From Gekko japonicus (taxonomy: Eukaryota): a stretch of 64,000 nucleotides of DNA. Each line of letters starts with the position of its first letter. Positions within the stretch are counted from its first letter, which is position 1. The notes under the pieces are model-generated. The model was not told the origin of the DNA, did no database searches, and worked only from the letters and a program-made list of their open reading frames with translations. The stretch covers positions 1 through 64,000 of the forward strand of contig NW_015168653.1 of assembly GCF_001447785.1 (NCBI RefSeq), given 5' to 3'. This document shows positions 27,753-41,422 of this stretch, in pieces. The translations under genes and the position numbers were made by a program.

Positions 27753-28959
27753 TTAGCGAACAGCTGTTTTTCATTGTCAGAGATAACTCCAAATTTGCAA
27801 TCCAACCTCCTAGAACCTCCTCTTTCCACTTATCCTATTTCTTCTCCTTCCTCCTGGTCTCATGACCCATCTGTGAAATAGTCACAATCCGCTTTTGGGT
27901 CCTGACCAATAGATTGAGAGCCACTAATTTGACTCATTTTGTGCATATTTGCAATAGGATTGCATTCAGCTGAACCCATGGAGGAATTTTTTTTATATAG
28001 GTATAATACCACCTAGAGGCTAAGAAACTAAGCATGCCAGTCATTGGCAGTGAAATTATGGTAATTAGTTTTTACTGCTATTGATTTAAATAGTAATGCC
28101 TTCAAAGAAAGTGTCTGAAGCTTTCATATGCTTAGAAAAAAGACCTGGTTCAAATACCAGATTTGCAGTATGGTCACCAATGAATGTGGGACTCGAACAG
28201 CTATTAAGGCTGTTCGGAGATAGTTTTACTTGCAGGCATTTACTGCCTGTGCCACCGCTCCCACCTGTCGTGGTCGCTTTTCTCACTTCCCATACCAGTA
28301 CAGGGCAATGCTGTCTTGGGAAGCAGTCATGTCATCTAGCCATTCCACGTGGTTCTGAAATACTGATGCTGGTACACCATGACACTGGGCCACACAAAAA
28401 CAGCATCCATACCATACAGCTAAGTGCTCTGTAGAAAGTGACTTTCCATGCTTTTCTAAATACCAGGTGGTGGTTTATTTAAAACATTAGTTCTTAGGGT
28501 AGTTCTTTTGCCTTTCAGAAACTGTTGCATTTCCCCAGTCATTTTAACCAGTTTATTGCCCACTTTCACTGCTTTAAATGAATCAGAACACCTATCAAGG
28601 GGGCTGGTATAGCATAGTGCCTAAGCAGGGAAGCTCTGATTTGGAAATCCTTTGTTTAAATCTTGCCTTTGCTACGAACAGAATAGATAGTCCTAGGCAA
28701 GCCATGCTCTCTCTCTCACAGTCATATCTACTTCCCTCTCATATGTACTATGGGAATAATAATTATAATTGTGGCCTGGTTTACAGGGCTGTTGAAAAGG
28801 AGACTCAGTAATATCGTGAAATACTTTGAACACTGAAAAATAAATTTATTTTCAGAGCCATTTGGGACATGATATGAATGGGGAGTTTAATATGCATCCA
28901 TGTACATTTATCACACGTGAAGATCATGTTTGAGCCTCCCATTCATATATGTGTTGAGA

Positions 28960-29382
28960 AGCCTGTGATTGGCAGCACATTCTCAGTGCTGGTTTAAACT
29001 GCAGGAGAAGCCAGACGCACCGGGAGCAATTTCCCTGTGGCGGGCAGATCCTGGCTGGGATGGCTTCTCCTGCAGCCCGGTTTAAACTGGACTGCATGAG
29101 AAGCCAGCCCCAAGCCAAGCCGACAGGAACAGTCTGTTCCACCTGCACAGCTGATCCTTGGGCTTTCTTTAAAGGGACTGCAGTAGAATCCAAGCAAACA
29201 CCTGTAAAGCTGTTTTTGGATCTACCAGTAATTCCTGAATATATCCGGGATTTGGGGGGAGATTTTTTTTTTTTGCTTTCCCAAGAAAACCTGGATACAT
29301 TGGGGATGCTAAAATATACCAAAAAATACTGATAAGATTTTTTCGGGTATATTTTCGGTTTGGGTAGATCCAAATGCACACC
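28960..29382. mobile_element. Truncated hAT element related to 5637-6164
   Basis: Ends in ...tgcacacc with similar subterminal motifs; the other end was not found. Confidence 0.45.
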
Positions 29383-31376
29383 GCCGGTCAGGATCCAGTT
29401 TGCTTGGGGTTCTTGTGCCCTGCCGTGTCAACCCTTTGGAGACGCTTCAGTCAATGGAGAGGAGAGGGTTGACCCTCACTACAACCTTGTCTTTTCTGTC
29501 ATGGCCTGTCCTCCTCAGCTCACCTGAGGCCTGTCTTTTAAAGGAGCAGTAGGAGGTGGGGTGGCCCTGGCCTCACCCAGTGCTCCATAAGATTGAGGAG
29601 GTCTTCATGGAATGTGGGGAATAGGCAGGATTGGGCTTCTGATGTGGGCCCTCTCTTTTTGAGCTCTGCTCTCCCCCAATGCCTCAAAAGGCCTCTCCAC
29701 AGGCAGACACGGGTCTAAGTGGGTTGGGGATGCTGCTAGCCTCAGCTGCAGGGTTGCCAGCAGTTACAGCTTGGCAGCACAGTCCCACATCCCTGCTGAG
29801 GGAGGGGCAGGCATGGCCAGCTCTAGGAGTGGCCATGCCATCCCCCCCCCATATTGCTGCCCATCCACAGATCTGGTCCTGGGATGCTAGGGCTGCCCTG
29901 GCCATTGAGAGAGCCAGTGCCACCCACCAGGAAGGCTCCTTGGAGCTCATAAGTGTAAGAATGGTGGGATTCCTACTCCTCAGACACCTACCTTCTTCCA
30001 TAGGCATGCTCCAATTGGTAACAGAAGTCTTACTTTGTATGCTACCAACATGCAAGTTTGGTATGTGGCTAAAGAGCACAAGGCAGGACCAGAGCTATGG
30101 AACTCTCTCCTGAGGAGGGAGAAACATTTGTTTCTCTGTGTTCTTAGGCTTCAGCCAAAACCGTGTCTTGAGAAGGCCTCTGGAGTCATCATTGTGGTAA
30201 CATTGTTGAATTTTGAATGCTGGTGTTCTTTCTGAAGTGGCCGCCATTTTGTTTTGGTTATCTAATGGCTGCTGAGGGAATGGCTATTTGATATTTCCAA
30301 TATGATGGGTTTGAACTTGCCATAGGACACGGCATAGGCCAGTTTGGGTCAACAGTGAGATGAAAATATTTCGAACAAATAAATGTGATCATTGTACTGG
30401 GCACAATCACCCAAAGTCAAGTATGTTTAGATCCTACTGTTTTCATTGATAGGATTCAGCAGTTGCTTAAGTCTCTACTGTTGACATTAAAAAGGCTTCA
30501 TTTTGGCTGGAGGTTGCCTTTGGTTCTTACCTTTCTCAGGCATAGTTTTGTTGTCTTTTTAACTTTCCATAAGCCTTTACACTTTAGAAGTACAGCTCTT
30601 GTTCAGTCTGTGAGAAACTATGAACACTTAAGAGGCCTCTTAAATCAGGACTATCTGTATTTTATCCACCAATAAAAATGTATATTGCTACTGGCTGCTA
30701 AAGGGCTTGTTAATAGAATAGTTCCTGAGGGTCCCATTTCATTGAAAGCAATCGGCATTTATGAAACCAAGACTAGTGGCACTCAATGGGCCTCCGTTGT
30801 AAACGCGTGCACAGATTCCTAAATTATGTAGCATTTTAAAAGTTTAATGACTCCATTCTCAGTTACTAAAATGTGGGACCACAGATTAATTGTTAATTGC
30901 AAATTAAAAACTCTCCTTCCTTCCAGAAGAGATGACTCCCAGAGAACTAGCTGCCTTGTAAATTACACAGCTGTCCCGGATATCTCAGCGTAGCCTCAAA
31001 TTTGATGCAAAAGAAAACAGTGATAGCTTTTCTTTCAGGTTCATATCCAAAGCTGATTGCCTCTCAAGGTGGTGGAATAATGACAGGTTTCTCTTCACTA
31101 TAAAAACAGTAAGCAACTGTGGCTGATTTTGTTCTACTGCAATTAAGGTCCTTGCATATTTAAACTGTGGGTTTTCTACAATACCATCAATTTTGAATGT
31201 GTTCATTTTTGCTTTTGTCTTAAAAAAAAAAAAACTGGAGCACTCTGTGGTAATAGAGAACATTCCATATTTTTGCCATTTGATTTTAGAAGGGCAGTGT
31301 TATGGATGGCCTTCCTGTCTACGACTAAGTAGCTTAATAGATTAAATGACTTATTAACATAGAACAGAGTTCCTTG

Positions 31377-31523
31377 ACCCTGACCTAGATCTCCTCAGAT
31401 CTTGGAAGCTAAGCAGGGTTGGCCTTGGCTAGTATTTGGAAGGGCAGCCTCCAAGAAATGCCAGGGTCGTGATGCTGAGGCAGGCAATGGCAAACCACCC
31501 CTGGAACATCTCTTGCATTAAAA
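31377..31523 (+). mobile_element. 5S rRNA-derived SINE, 3'-truncated
   Basis: cagatcttggaagctaagcagggttggccttggctagtatttggaaggg. Confidence 0.78.
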
Positions 31524-31575
31524 ACAACTCTAGCTCACCACCTAGTGGTGCATAACGCTAAAAGAGCTAGAACTT

Positions 31576-32220
31576 CTTTTTTAAAAGATTTATTTATGAT
31601 TTTACATTACAAAAGGGAAAAACAAAATTGCAGTATATAAATCAAACTTTGGAGTTTACATTAAACATTATTTCTAAACCATTTGTTAACGTTGTACCAT
31701 CTTTTTTGGAAACCTTTTTCATCTTTTCCTAAAAGTATCATATTCAATTTATCCATTTCTGCCACATCACAGATTTTTATGATCAACTCTTCTCTAGTAG
31801 GTAAGCTATAGGTCTTCCAGCATTTAGCAACAAGTATTCTAGATGCTGTCAGACAATCTTAGGATCTCCCGACTATTCTACACACAGTGCCATACAATAA
31901 TTATTAATTATTATTAGAGCTCCTTGGAGAAATGGAAGGTAATAATTGTGCTAATTTTTAAAATATACTTTCTTTGAGGTTTTGAGTAATTGATTAATTA
32001 GGGGAACCAAGTCTCCAAATAATTAACTACATCTGTAGGTTCTTCCGGTGGTTGGGAAAATCCTCGTAACATCTAAATCCTCATAAACCAGGCACTTTGG
32101 GTTTTTAACAAGAAATACCCACTCTTCCAAGGCAAAAGAGATCTCCTCTACTGATATATCAGAAACAGGAGTTTCTCTTTTATAATTTGAGATTGGGAAG
32201 AATTATTTTTTCAGTACACC
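31576..32220 (-). mobile_element. L1 LINE 3' fragment, degraded
   Basis: The reverse strand encodes CLTASRILVAKCWKT (L1 ORF2 C-terminal motif); T-rich tail at 31576. Confidence 0.6.
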
Positions 32221-32336
32221 AGCATAACGTAGTTAGTTACTATTTATTTATTCATAAAATTTATATCCTGCCTTTTTGCCCTTACAAGGGCCGCCAAGGG
32301 GGCTAACAATTTAAAACACGCGTAATAAAATGACAT

Positions 32337-33035
32337 CGTTGTTGTTACCCATTCATTTGTGACTGACTCTTGGCGATTCTGTGGGCTCTTTCCATGTTTT
32401 CCAGTCCTGTACTGTTTCTTTGAATCATTCCATGCTCAGGCTGGTGTCGACTTTTATGGTGTCTAACCACTGTGTTCTTTGGCAGCCCAGTTTCCTTTTG
32501 CCTCTAACCAATCCAAGCATGGAGCTGCGGTGGCTCAAGTGGTTAAGACACTGAACTGCAGGCTGGAAGGTCGGTAGTTCAGCAGTTCGAGACCCGAGTG
32601 CTGCATGACGGAGTGAGCTCCCATCTCTGGTTCCAGCTCCTGCGAACCTAGCAGTTCGAAAGCAAGAAATTGCAAGTAGATAAATAGGTACCGCTTCGGT
32701 GGGAAGGTAACAGCATTCCATGTGCCTTGGCGTTTAGTCATGCTGGCCACATGACCATGGAAATGTCTTCAGACAGCGCTGGCTCTTCGGCTTGGAAACA
32801 GAGATGAGCACCGCAACCCTAGAGTCGGATTTGACTGGCTTTCAAGCAACAGAAACGTTTACCTTTACTAATCCAAGCATAATTGCTTTTTCTAGTGAGT
32901 TCTTCTGCATGACATGGCCAGAATAAGTCAGTCGCAGTTTTATGATTTTTCCTTCCAATGACATGACTGGTTTTATGCGCTCCAATACTTGCTTGTTTGT
33001 CACCTTTGCTGTCCAAGGAATGCACACGAGCATTA
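32337..33035 (-). mobile_element. RTE-clade LINE 3' fragment, interrupted by a Sauria SINE and itself inside an L2-like tail (about 32241-33260)
   Basis: IPWTAKVTNKQVLERIKPVMSLEGKIIKLRLTYSGHVM...LEKAIMLG|LVRGKRKLGCQRTQWLDTIK continues across the SINE; (CAA)n tail. Confidence 0.82.
32521..32868 (+). mobile_element. Sauria SINE, full length
   Basis: tRNA-like head ggtggctcaagtggttaag...gttcgagaccc; Sauria body; ACCTTT tail; TSD AATCCAAGCAT (32510-20, 32870-80). Confidence 0.92.
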
Positions 33036-35542
33036 CATTGCAAAACCATTAAAATCAACCCCCCTCCCCAACATACATCATTAAAACAACTTTTACAAGA
33101 ATTAAAAACCACAGTTAAAACACATACAAAACAGTTAAAATGCATACAACCCCCCCAAAACATTGGTTACAAAGGAGGGATCGTTGAGGGATTGCCAAAT
33201 GAAACAAAAAAAAAAAGTCTTCATCCAGAGAAGCTGCCAAAAGAAGGGGGCAGAAACATCCTAGAGCTCCATCAAATCATGCTTCTTGTATTTAAAAATA
33301 AGTAGCCGTCTACTCCTTTAACATCTCTATAAAGATACACATGTGTGGCAGCAGAAGCATCTGTTGCAGTGAAAGATTTAGGTCACCTTCTGAAATTCAA
33401 GTCTCCTACCGGCAAATGACAAGGGAGGTTGAAAAATACATTACTGTTTGTGTCTGCACACAATCTACCATATCCGCAGGCAATCAAGTTCCTAGGGAGT
33501 GCTGTAACACTTCTCCAAATCAGTGAGGGTCAAAAGATTATCTTTACCTGCATATTTTTGGGGGGTTAGGCGTATCCTCAGACATTGTAATATTTATGAT
33601 GACAGGGCTATCCTATCCCCAGCCAAACGGCAAAAGAAGTAGCTGGGAAAGGAACTCCCACATTAAACACACCCTCATTTATCCACAAGACCTATTTTTC
33701 ACCTTCCTGGAATTCCCTGCTCTGCATCAGAGACTGCATTATTTATTAGCCTTACAATTTAGGCAGTACACCCATCATTCTTTTCCCCCCCAACTATTTT
33801 GGTTGCAATTCAGCTTCCAAAACTAATAAAGAATTCTTTCATAGAGCAATTTGTGTGGTCTTCTGACTTCCAGCACTCCAAACCCACATTATGCTTTAAA
33901 AAAAAAAAAAAGTAGAGGAACAGTCCAGGTAAATGCAAGCACTGGGAGAGATTTAAGCACATTTCACTAAAGCCAGTGTTATTTACTTAATTTTGTTAAG
34001 GTTCTATTCTGCCATTCTTCCAAGAAGCTTAGGTAGCCGACCTCCGAAGTGGTTTCCCTCCCCACCATATGTGTATGTAATAGATAGCACATATAATGTG
34101 TATATATAATTCCAGCCATTGCACCACACTGGCTCTGGCAAGAATTTCTTCTCTTGGGTCCCCTTACCATTGATAAAATTGCAACGCTCAGAACTTTCCA
34201 TTTTGCAAATGTACTGTCTTTCATGGTTGTTATAAATCATGCTGAATGAATGAATGGGATGAAGAGCTTGACGCTTGAAGCTGGTTGGGGCTGATATCTA
34301 TCCCAGCATTGATGCCAAGAGTTTAGCACCATGATCTTGGATATTGCATCTGGATCGCATCCAGTTTTGGAGCTTAGTGATTACTGCCTCAAACTGGGGA
34401 AATGTTCCTGTGTAAAAATTATGCTTCTGCACTGGTCTTCCCCCATGTTGAAAATTAATACCCAACCTTCCTCTAGTTGACTGCCTGTAGGACCCAAATC
34501 GGATGGAATATGTCACCCACCCAACCATTCATTCGTTTCCAAAAAGATATTTCTGAACCACCACCTTTCCCATGAACAACAAATATTATTCCAGGTCTTC
34601 TTAGGCAATCAATACTTTTTTGCTTGCAAAATGTTAATTACCGGAGCCAGTATCACAGCATCATCTCAGTGGGTAAAAATATTTTTAACATGAATAATCT
34701 TTGCTATTTTGAATGATAACGATGGGATTTCCGACAGAGTGTATACAAGTTCTGTTACCAAAGGCCATGTCAGCCAATGCAGCGAAAATCAAGAATTAAT
34801 TGTAATACATAAACCAGTCTTCAAACTACTATAACAGTGTGAGCCTTATTGAAGTATATTGTACCACATTGCCTCCCTCTGATCCTCAAAAATAGTTGAG
34901 CTGGCTGAACTGAATAAATGCATGAATTGGTGGAGGGAGAGAGCTTTGAAGATGGCCCTGCCCTTTTCTCTCTTAATGAAAACAAACGGGCTAGCAAAAT
35001 AGTCCCTGGAAAGATTAATGTGCTGCTTAAATGTCAATTAAGGCACTTTAGGTGGAGGCAGAGGAGGACACCCATACTAAAAGAGTTAAGTGGAAAACTA
35101 CAAGGCTAAAAGTTGTTGAACTCTGGGAAGAATCGTGCATCAGCAACCGTTTCTCCCTCTAATCCATCTACCCCCACTTAAATTTGTATCTGGCTATTAT
35201 GATGCTTTTCCTGGAATCGAAGTCTGCATAATATAATGATTCATTGGCTAATCTCTTTGCTGACCGAAGAAAAAGTATGAGCCTTGTGAGGTTTATAAAG
35301 CAGGTAAAAATGTGCAATATGCACAAAGTATATAACTAATACTATACCCATTTGGGATGGAACTTTCTGAGCCTGAAGGTCTCATGTGTGGCATTCTGCC
35401 TACCAATTTCAAGCAGACAGGTGGACGGTCTCTATTTAAATGCATAAAAAACCTCTCACAAAAGAGACATTTGACACCCCAAGAAGACAAGCAGCAGGGC
35501 AGAAGAGGCGGAGCTAGAATAGCAGCTTGTGTGCTCTGGTTC

Positions 35543-35867
35543 TTGGGTTGCTGGCCCCCAGGTCCCAGCGGGGATTCCTCTGCTTTTGAGGGCTCCAATC
35601 CACCGCTGGCCAGCTGGCTGGCAGGGGAAACCCCACCGCCAAACAGGGATGTCCCCAGTGCGATGACGTCACCCGGAAGTGATGCCATCATTTCAGCAAT
35701 GTCATGTGGCAATGCTCTGGTTTTTGGGTAAACTCTGTGGTTTTGAAGCCAAAAAACCATAAGAGTTTTTGCCCAAAAAACAGAGCATTGCGTGTGACGT
35801 ATTGCCCACCCCCAAGATGCCCCCCAACCCCCTCCTACTCTGATGGCAAGGGGACCTGGCAACCCTA
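35543..35867. mobile_element. hAT (Blackjack-like) MITE
   Basis: TIRs tTGGGTTGCT / TGGCAACCCTA; exact TSD TCTGGTTC; homologous to 15508-15795 in opposite orientation. Confidence 0.88.
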
Positions 35868-36604
35868 TCTGGTTCTGTCAGCAGGGTCCTAAAGCAGGCT
35901 ACAGACTCCCCAGGAGCAGGGATCTGTCCTCCAGAGCAGTATGGAGGTTGAAGTCACAAACGACGTTTAGCTAGGTCGAGGTTCACAGGGATAGCAGAAG
36001 CACACTAGCCATGTGAACTGGTTGAACCAGCAAGGCTCTCTGTTTACCCCAGGGCTGTTTCTGGGCTTCATCTAGCCAGATCCTGATTCAGCCACAATCC
36101 TGCATATATGTGCCTTGGTTTGAGTCAGTAGCTGGAACACAAGCCACCAGCTGAGCACCTCAATGTTGAGTTGCCTCCTCATTGTCCCACTGTTATATAT
36201 TAGGTCTCTCATAAAGAAATGTGCACACCAAGGCCTCAGTAACAGAACGACAACTTGAACAAAGTTTGAGACCTCCTTATCAAAAGAGAAAACAATTACT
36301 GGCAGAAACACTGCACAGAGATCTAGCAATGCAATCTTCTTTAGTGGTGAGATGGGTATTGTGTTGATTGGTCAATGTCCAGGTCACTTACTTTATCTGC
36401 TAACTCACTCCCTTTCGCCTCATGCTCTCAACGTCTGTACTGGTCTGTAAAACAGTTAGCAAGGAGCCAGAATGCTGAGAATGAATGATAGTCTCACATT
36501 ATTACCAAGTGCCTCCCATCTATTTGATTAGTTAATATCATTATTTTAAAGAATGGGGTGTTTTCAACTTGTTTCTTGATTAGTTAATGCCTGATGGTAA
36601 GTCA

Positions 36605-36803
36605 TAGGATTGCCAACTCTGGGTTGGGAAATTCCTGGAGATTTGGGGATAGAGCTTGGGGAGGACGGTGACCTTAGTGGGGTATAATGCAATTGAGTCC
36701 TGCTGCCAAAGCGGCCATTTTCTCCAGGGGAACTGATCTATGTAGTCTGGAGATCAGTTGTAATTCCAGCTCTCCAAGCCCCACCTGGAGGTTGGCGATC
36801 CTT
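36605..36803. mobile_element. Older Blackjack-like MITE
   Basis: TAGGATTGCCAAC / GTTGGCGATCCT ends; homologous to 47926-48148; TSD eroded. Confidence 0.7.
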
Positions 36804-38209
36804 ATTAATAAGGATACTCCAGCATTTGCGTGTAGCTTTTATTTTTCTTTTGCTTTTCAAAACAATGTTCTCTCAATGCAGTCCTAAACAAAGTTATAGT
36901 GTTCTAAGTCCCTTGACTTCAGTGGATTAAAAGAGTGCAGCTGTTAAATGTTGAATGCCGGAGATTTTGCTGGGTCACACCACAGTTAAAAATTGAAGTC
37001 AGTGGGCCTATATTGGTGCAACTGCATAGGATTGCACTATATATTATTTTATTTATTTATTTATTGAATTTCTACCCCGCCTTCCCGGCCGAAGCCGGTT
37101 CAGGGTGGCTTACATAAAAACAGGTAAGTTACGTTAAAACATAAGTTACAATTAAAACAATTCTAAAACCATAATAAAGTGCTAGTAGTCATTGTTGCTC
37201 ATATGACGGTAGTCCAATCTTGAGGTGACCATCACATGGATCACTGTTGCCAGGTCATTGCATTTGAGGAAGGGAACGAGCTGCCTGATCAGCCGAAGAT
37301 GGTAAAAGGCCAACTTGGCAGTGGCTGCTATTACAGAAAAGTAGTGCATTTTAAGTTAATTTGTTTTGGGAAAGGGAAGGGAACCTGCCATTTTCAGCAC
37401 CTCAGATCCAACCAGGAGTCTCCAGCAACTGCATTTCAAAGAGGAGGGAGACTTGATCATAGTTTCCAGCATCTCATCAAGTGTAGCTCTACATCTGAGA
37501 TTCTTTAAGGTGCCACAAACCTCCTGTCTGGTTTTGCACAACAATCACTTTTCAGTAATGCCAATTATTGCATTTTGATTATTTATTGCATTTTTTAAAA
37601 TCCAATGTCGCTTTCTGTGCTGCAAACAGCCACTATCCGTTCCCATGTCGATGCACGCATTTATTGTAAGTTGTATAGGGTGGTGATGGGTTTTTTTCCA
37701 AATAAATTTTATATTTTTTTTAATGGGGGGGGAATCCTTCAGAACTAAAGTTTTAAAAAAATAATCACACCAAAGTAAAACTGGTAACTCTTGTACCAGC
37801 CATGAATAATTAGAGTTATGTATTTGGCAGTTGTTGGCGTGGCAGGCTTTATACCCGGAAGCCTTACACATTCAGCAGTGGCTCCCATTTATCTTAAGAG
37901 CTTACATGTGATTTCAAGATCAAAGCCATGGCTAGTTGATCCTTGTTTGAATATGTGGGCCCATTGTTGATCATTGCAGATTCCTTCTTTATTTCTTTTC
38001 TTTTTTTTTGAGCACCACCAAAAAGCTTTTATTATTAATGTGCTGTAACTGTAATATATTGTAAGACTGAGGGGAAACATCCAGGAAATCAATGATCTGG
38101 AACATTTGTTACTTTCCTTTTTGGCATATTGCACTTAACATCAGGAGGTGACTTGAAATAAAACATTCTGTGTTTATTCTCGTTTGACATCCTGTGGTAA
38201 AATCAATAA

Positions 38210-38641
<432 letters not shown>

Positions 38642-38740
38642 TAAATAATTTATGGTTTTTAAAATCAGGTATGGATATATGTGTTGGTTTCTGTCGTATC
38701 TTTTTTTTTCTCTTCCAAATTGTTCAGAAGACTATATGTT

Positions 38741-38924
38741 AGGTTGGATCCAGCCATCTTTTCCACTGGTGAAAATAGATAGAGGGGTCTCCTTTAACTA
38801 CCCCCCCAAAAAGGCTATGCTAGGGATCATGGGATCTGAGTGGACAAAAGCTATATGGGATAGGGGGCTGTGGTAATGAGGATAATGGGGTGAGATTGAG
38901 TGAAAAGCTGGCAGGATCCAGCCC
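38741..38924. mobile_element. Short non-autonomous DNA element (GGTTGGATCCAG ends)
   Basis: Terminal ggttggatccagcc / gcaggatccagccc; related copies at 3389 and 24052. Confidence 0.55.
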
Positions 38925-41015
38925 ATTGATTTCCAAGGGTTATCATATCAAGTATGGGTCAGCCAGGTATTCGGTCTTGCATAGCTTCAGAAGCAGAGCC
39001 CAGACATGGATGGACATTCAGATTCCATCAGAGGTAAAGAACTAGCTGAAGAGTTTTCTTTAGGGTGGTTTTTAAAAATGTAAATGTTGAAGAGTAACTC
39101 AGAATGACACTTGGTTCTGACCAAGCAAGAATCTTTCATTAGCTCATTTTCAGGGCACAATGCAGTTTAGAGTCAAACAGGCCAAAGATCCCATCTTCAA
39201 AGACCAATATTTTGTTGACTGTCAAGTCAGTGCCTGGTATGTCAGACATTTAGCCCCAAAGCAAAGTGAAAACTCCAAAAGAAGACATACAAAAATTAGA
39301 GAGGACAAGTCTGGCTTTACTCTGACATGGGGTGAGACAGCCATGTCGGGTGGTGTGTTATGGGCACTCGTAAAGATTAGCAACTGGGGATATAATTTGG
39401 ATTTTCCACCAAGTGCTAAAATGTCTTGGACGAATCTCAGAGAAGGAGCTGAAGATGTTGTACCAGAGAGGGCTAGATTTATGATAAGGCTTTTCAAAAA
39501 AAAAAAAAAAAAGGTTGTGGCCATCCATCCCAGGATTCTCTCCAACATCTGATTGTTTGCCAGCTGCTCTGATCTTACAGAGTATTGTTGTTTGGTGAGA
39601 TAGTTTTGGACTTCATTAGAGACTCTGTACAGGAACATTAGAGCAGCTAGGGGCAAGGACCCAGATAGTTTGTGGCTGCAGTGAAGTCGGATTCTTGATA
39701 ACCATACAGGTTCTGCTGGTGATAGTGAAGTGCATTAGTTCAAGACAGGTTCCCTTTGTGAAGCTTAGGCGGCAATCATACGCACAATTAGACCTGCCAT
39801 AGGCATGAATGCCAGGCAGATTTAAAGGGTGCAATCAGTCAACAACATCTGGGAAGGGCCCTGCAGCCATCAGCAACCCATTCTGCTCCGCTGCAGAAGC
39901 AGAGTTAAAAGACACCGGGGGATATCCGGTAGAAAATGGGTTACGACAGGCCACGGACGGACTTTCCCCTGTCTGATCAGTCCAGCATGCTCTCATGGCA
40001 TCGGGAGGGTCTGATCAGGCCATCCCGACTCTGTGCCGTTGTTCCCCCCCCTTCGCAGTATGCACATAATTGCAAACTCCATAGGGAGCCCTCGGTGCGG
40101 AGGTGCAATTAATCAATTCCTCATTTAAGCACATCGGAAACAAGTGGCAAAAAACGGCCCGACTCATCCGCGGTTGCGTCTGATCACGCAGTGGCGGGCT
40201 GTGCCCGCAGCTTCCAAGGACAATGTGATTGCGCAACTGTAGGTCAAATTCCTTTGGAGGAAATAGCCTAACTTCTTCCCCTCCATTTTTTCTGGTCTGT
40301 GTGACTGCAACCTTAGTCTCAGTATCTTTTCAGATGTATTTAAGACTTATTGCTTCTGTAGGGAGCTCAGGGTGGCATGTGAGGTTCTTCATTTTATCCT
40401 CACAACAACTCCATAAAGTAGTTTAAGCTGAGAGTCTGCTACTGGCCCAGGGTCATAGCGGAGTAGGAGCCGAATGTGGTTCTCCTAGGTCCTAGGCAGA
40501 ATCTGCAGCTATTATAGCACACTAACTCTCCTTTGGTCCTAGACATGATTTCCTATGCACCACAGCAATTATTTTGCTAATACCACCTGTGGTGCTTGGT
40601 GAGGCAGAAATTCCTGTTGGGAACTTAGCAATACGAAATGCTCACAGGCAGAAATCCTCGCATATAAAGGGATGTCACAGTGGATACATTATTTAAATTT
40701 TGATGTTTCAGGTCTAACTGTATTAGCATATTCTCTTAAATAATAGCTCTTGACCTCCTTGTGGTTTTATTTATTTATTTATTTATTATTCTAGGGCGCC
40801 CTCCCCTACGAGCAGGGCTTAGGACGGCTTACAACAGAGATGCACAATAAATATATAAGTTAAAAAAAATTTAAGACAAAGAAAGCAAGCAATAGTCTTT
40901 AGTAAAATTTATCAGTTCCAAGATGGCTAGCAATCAGAATTCCTGGTTTAGCAGATCGCAGACCTCCCAGAAGAAACTTGTAAAAGATGGGGGGGGGACA
41001 CATAAAGAGTAAGAA

Positions 41016-41422
41016 GGACCTGTCCATACGAGGCAGTTTGGGCCGGGAGCGGGACGGAACGGGGGCGGAGCAAACGGGCACGATCCCACTGCAACATCTG
41101 GAAATCGTTGCCTGCCCGTCCCTGTTCCGTCCCAAACGGCGATACCTAGGTGGTTGTATCCCTTGAAGCACCGCAAGCCGGGCCGTGGGATTGGGCGGCG
41201 CGTCCTTGCGCCGCCGCATCCTGGCCCCCGGCCGTACTGCGCATGCTCGAGCATGCGCAGTTCGGCAGCCTCCCCCTCCCATCGGACTTTCCTCCCCGGC
41301 ATCTGATTGTGCCGGGGAGCGATGCGCCGCGGCTGAGGGGATCCGTGGGATCCCGCCGCGGCGTCTCAAGTTCGGTGCGGCTCTGAGTAGCCGTATTTCA
41401 GCCATCCCGTGTGGCAGCAGCC
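41016..41422. mobile_element. CpG-rich MITE, PIF/Harbinger-like
   Basis: Imperfect TIRs ggacctgtccatacg / cgtgtggcagcagcc; 3-bp direct repeat GAA on both sides; sharp GC/CpG step against the flanks. Confidence 0.6.

Noticed and set aside
33300-34800. Possible ancient LINE endonuclease region on the minus strand
   Set aside because: Only vague motif echoes; too degraded to call without a profile search.
39767-40234. CpG-enriched block with weak inverted ends (gcggcaatca / tgattgcgc)
   Set aside because: Probably another DNA-transposon remnant, but the boundaries and TSD could not be supported.
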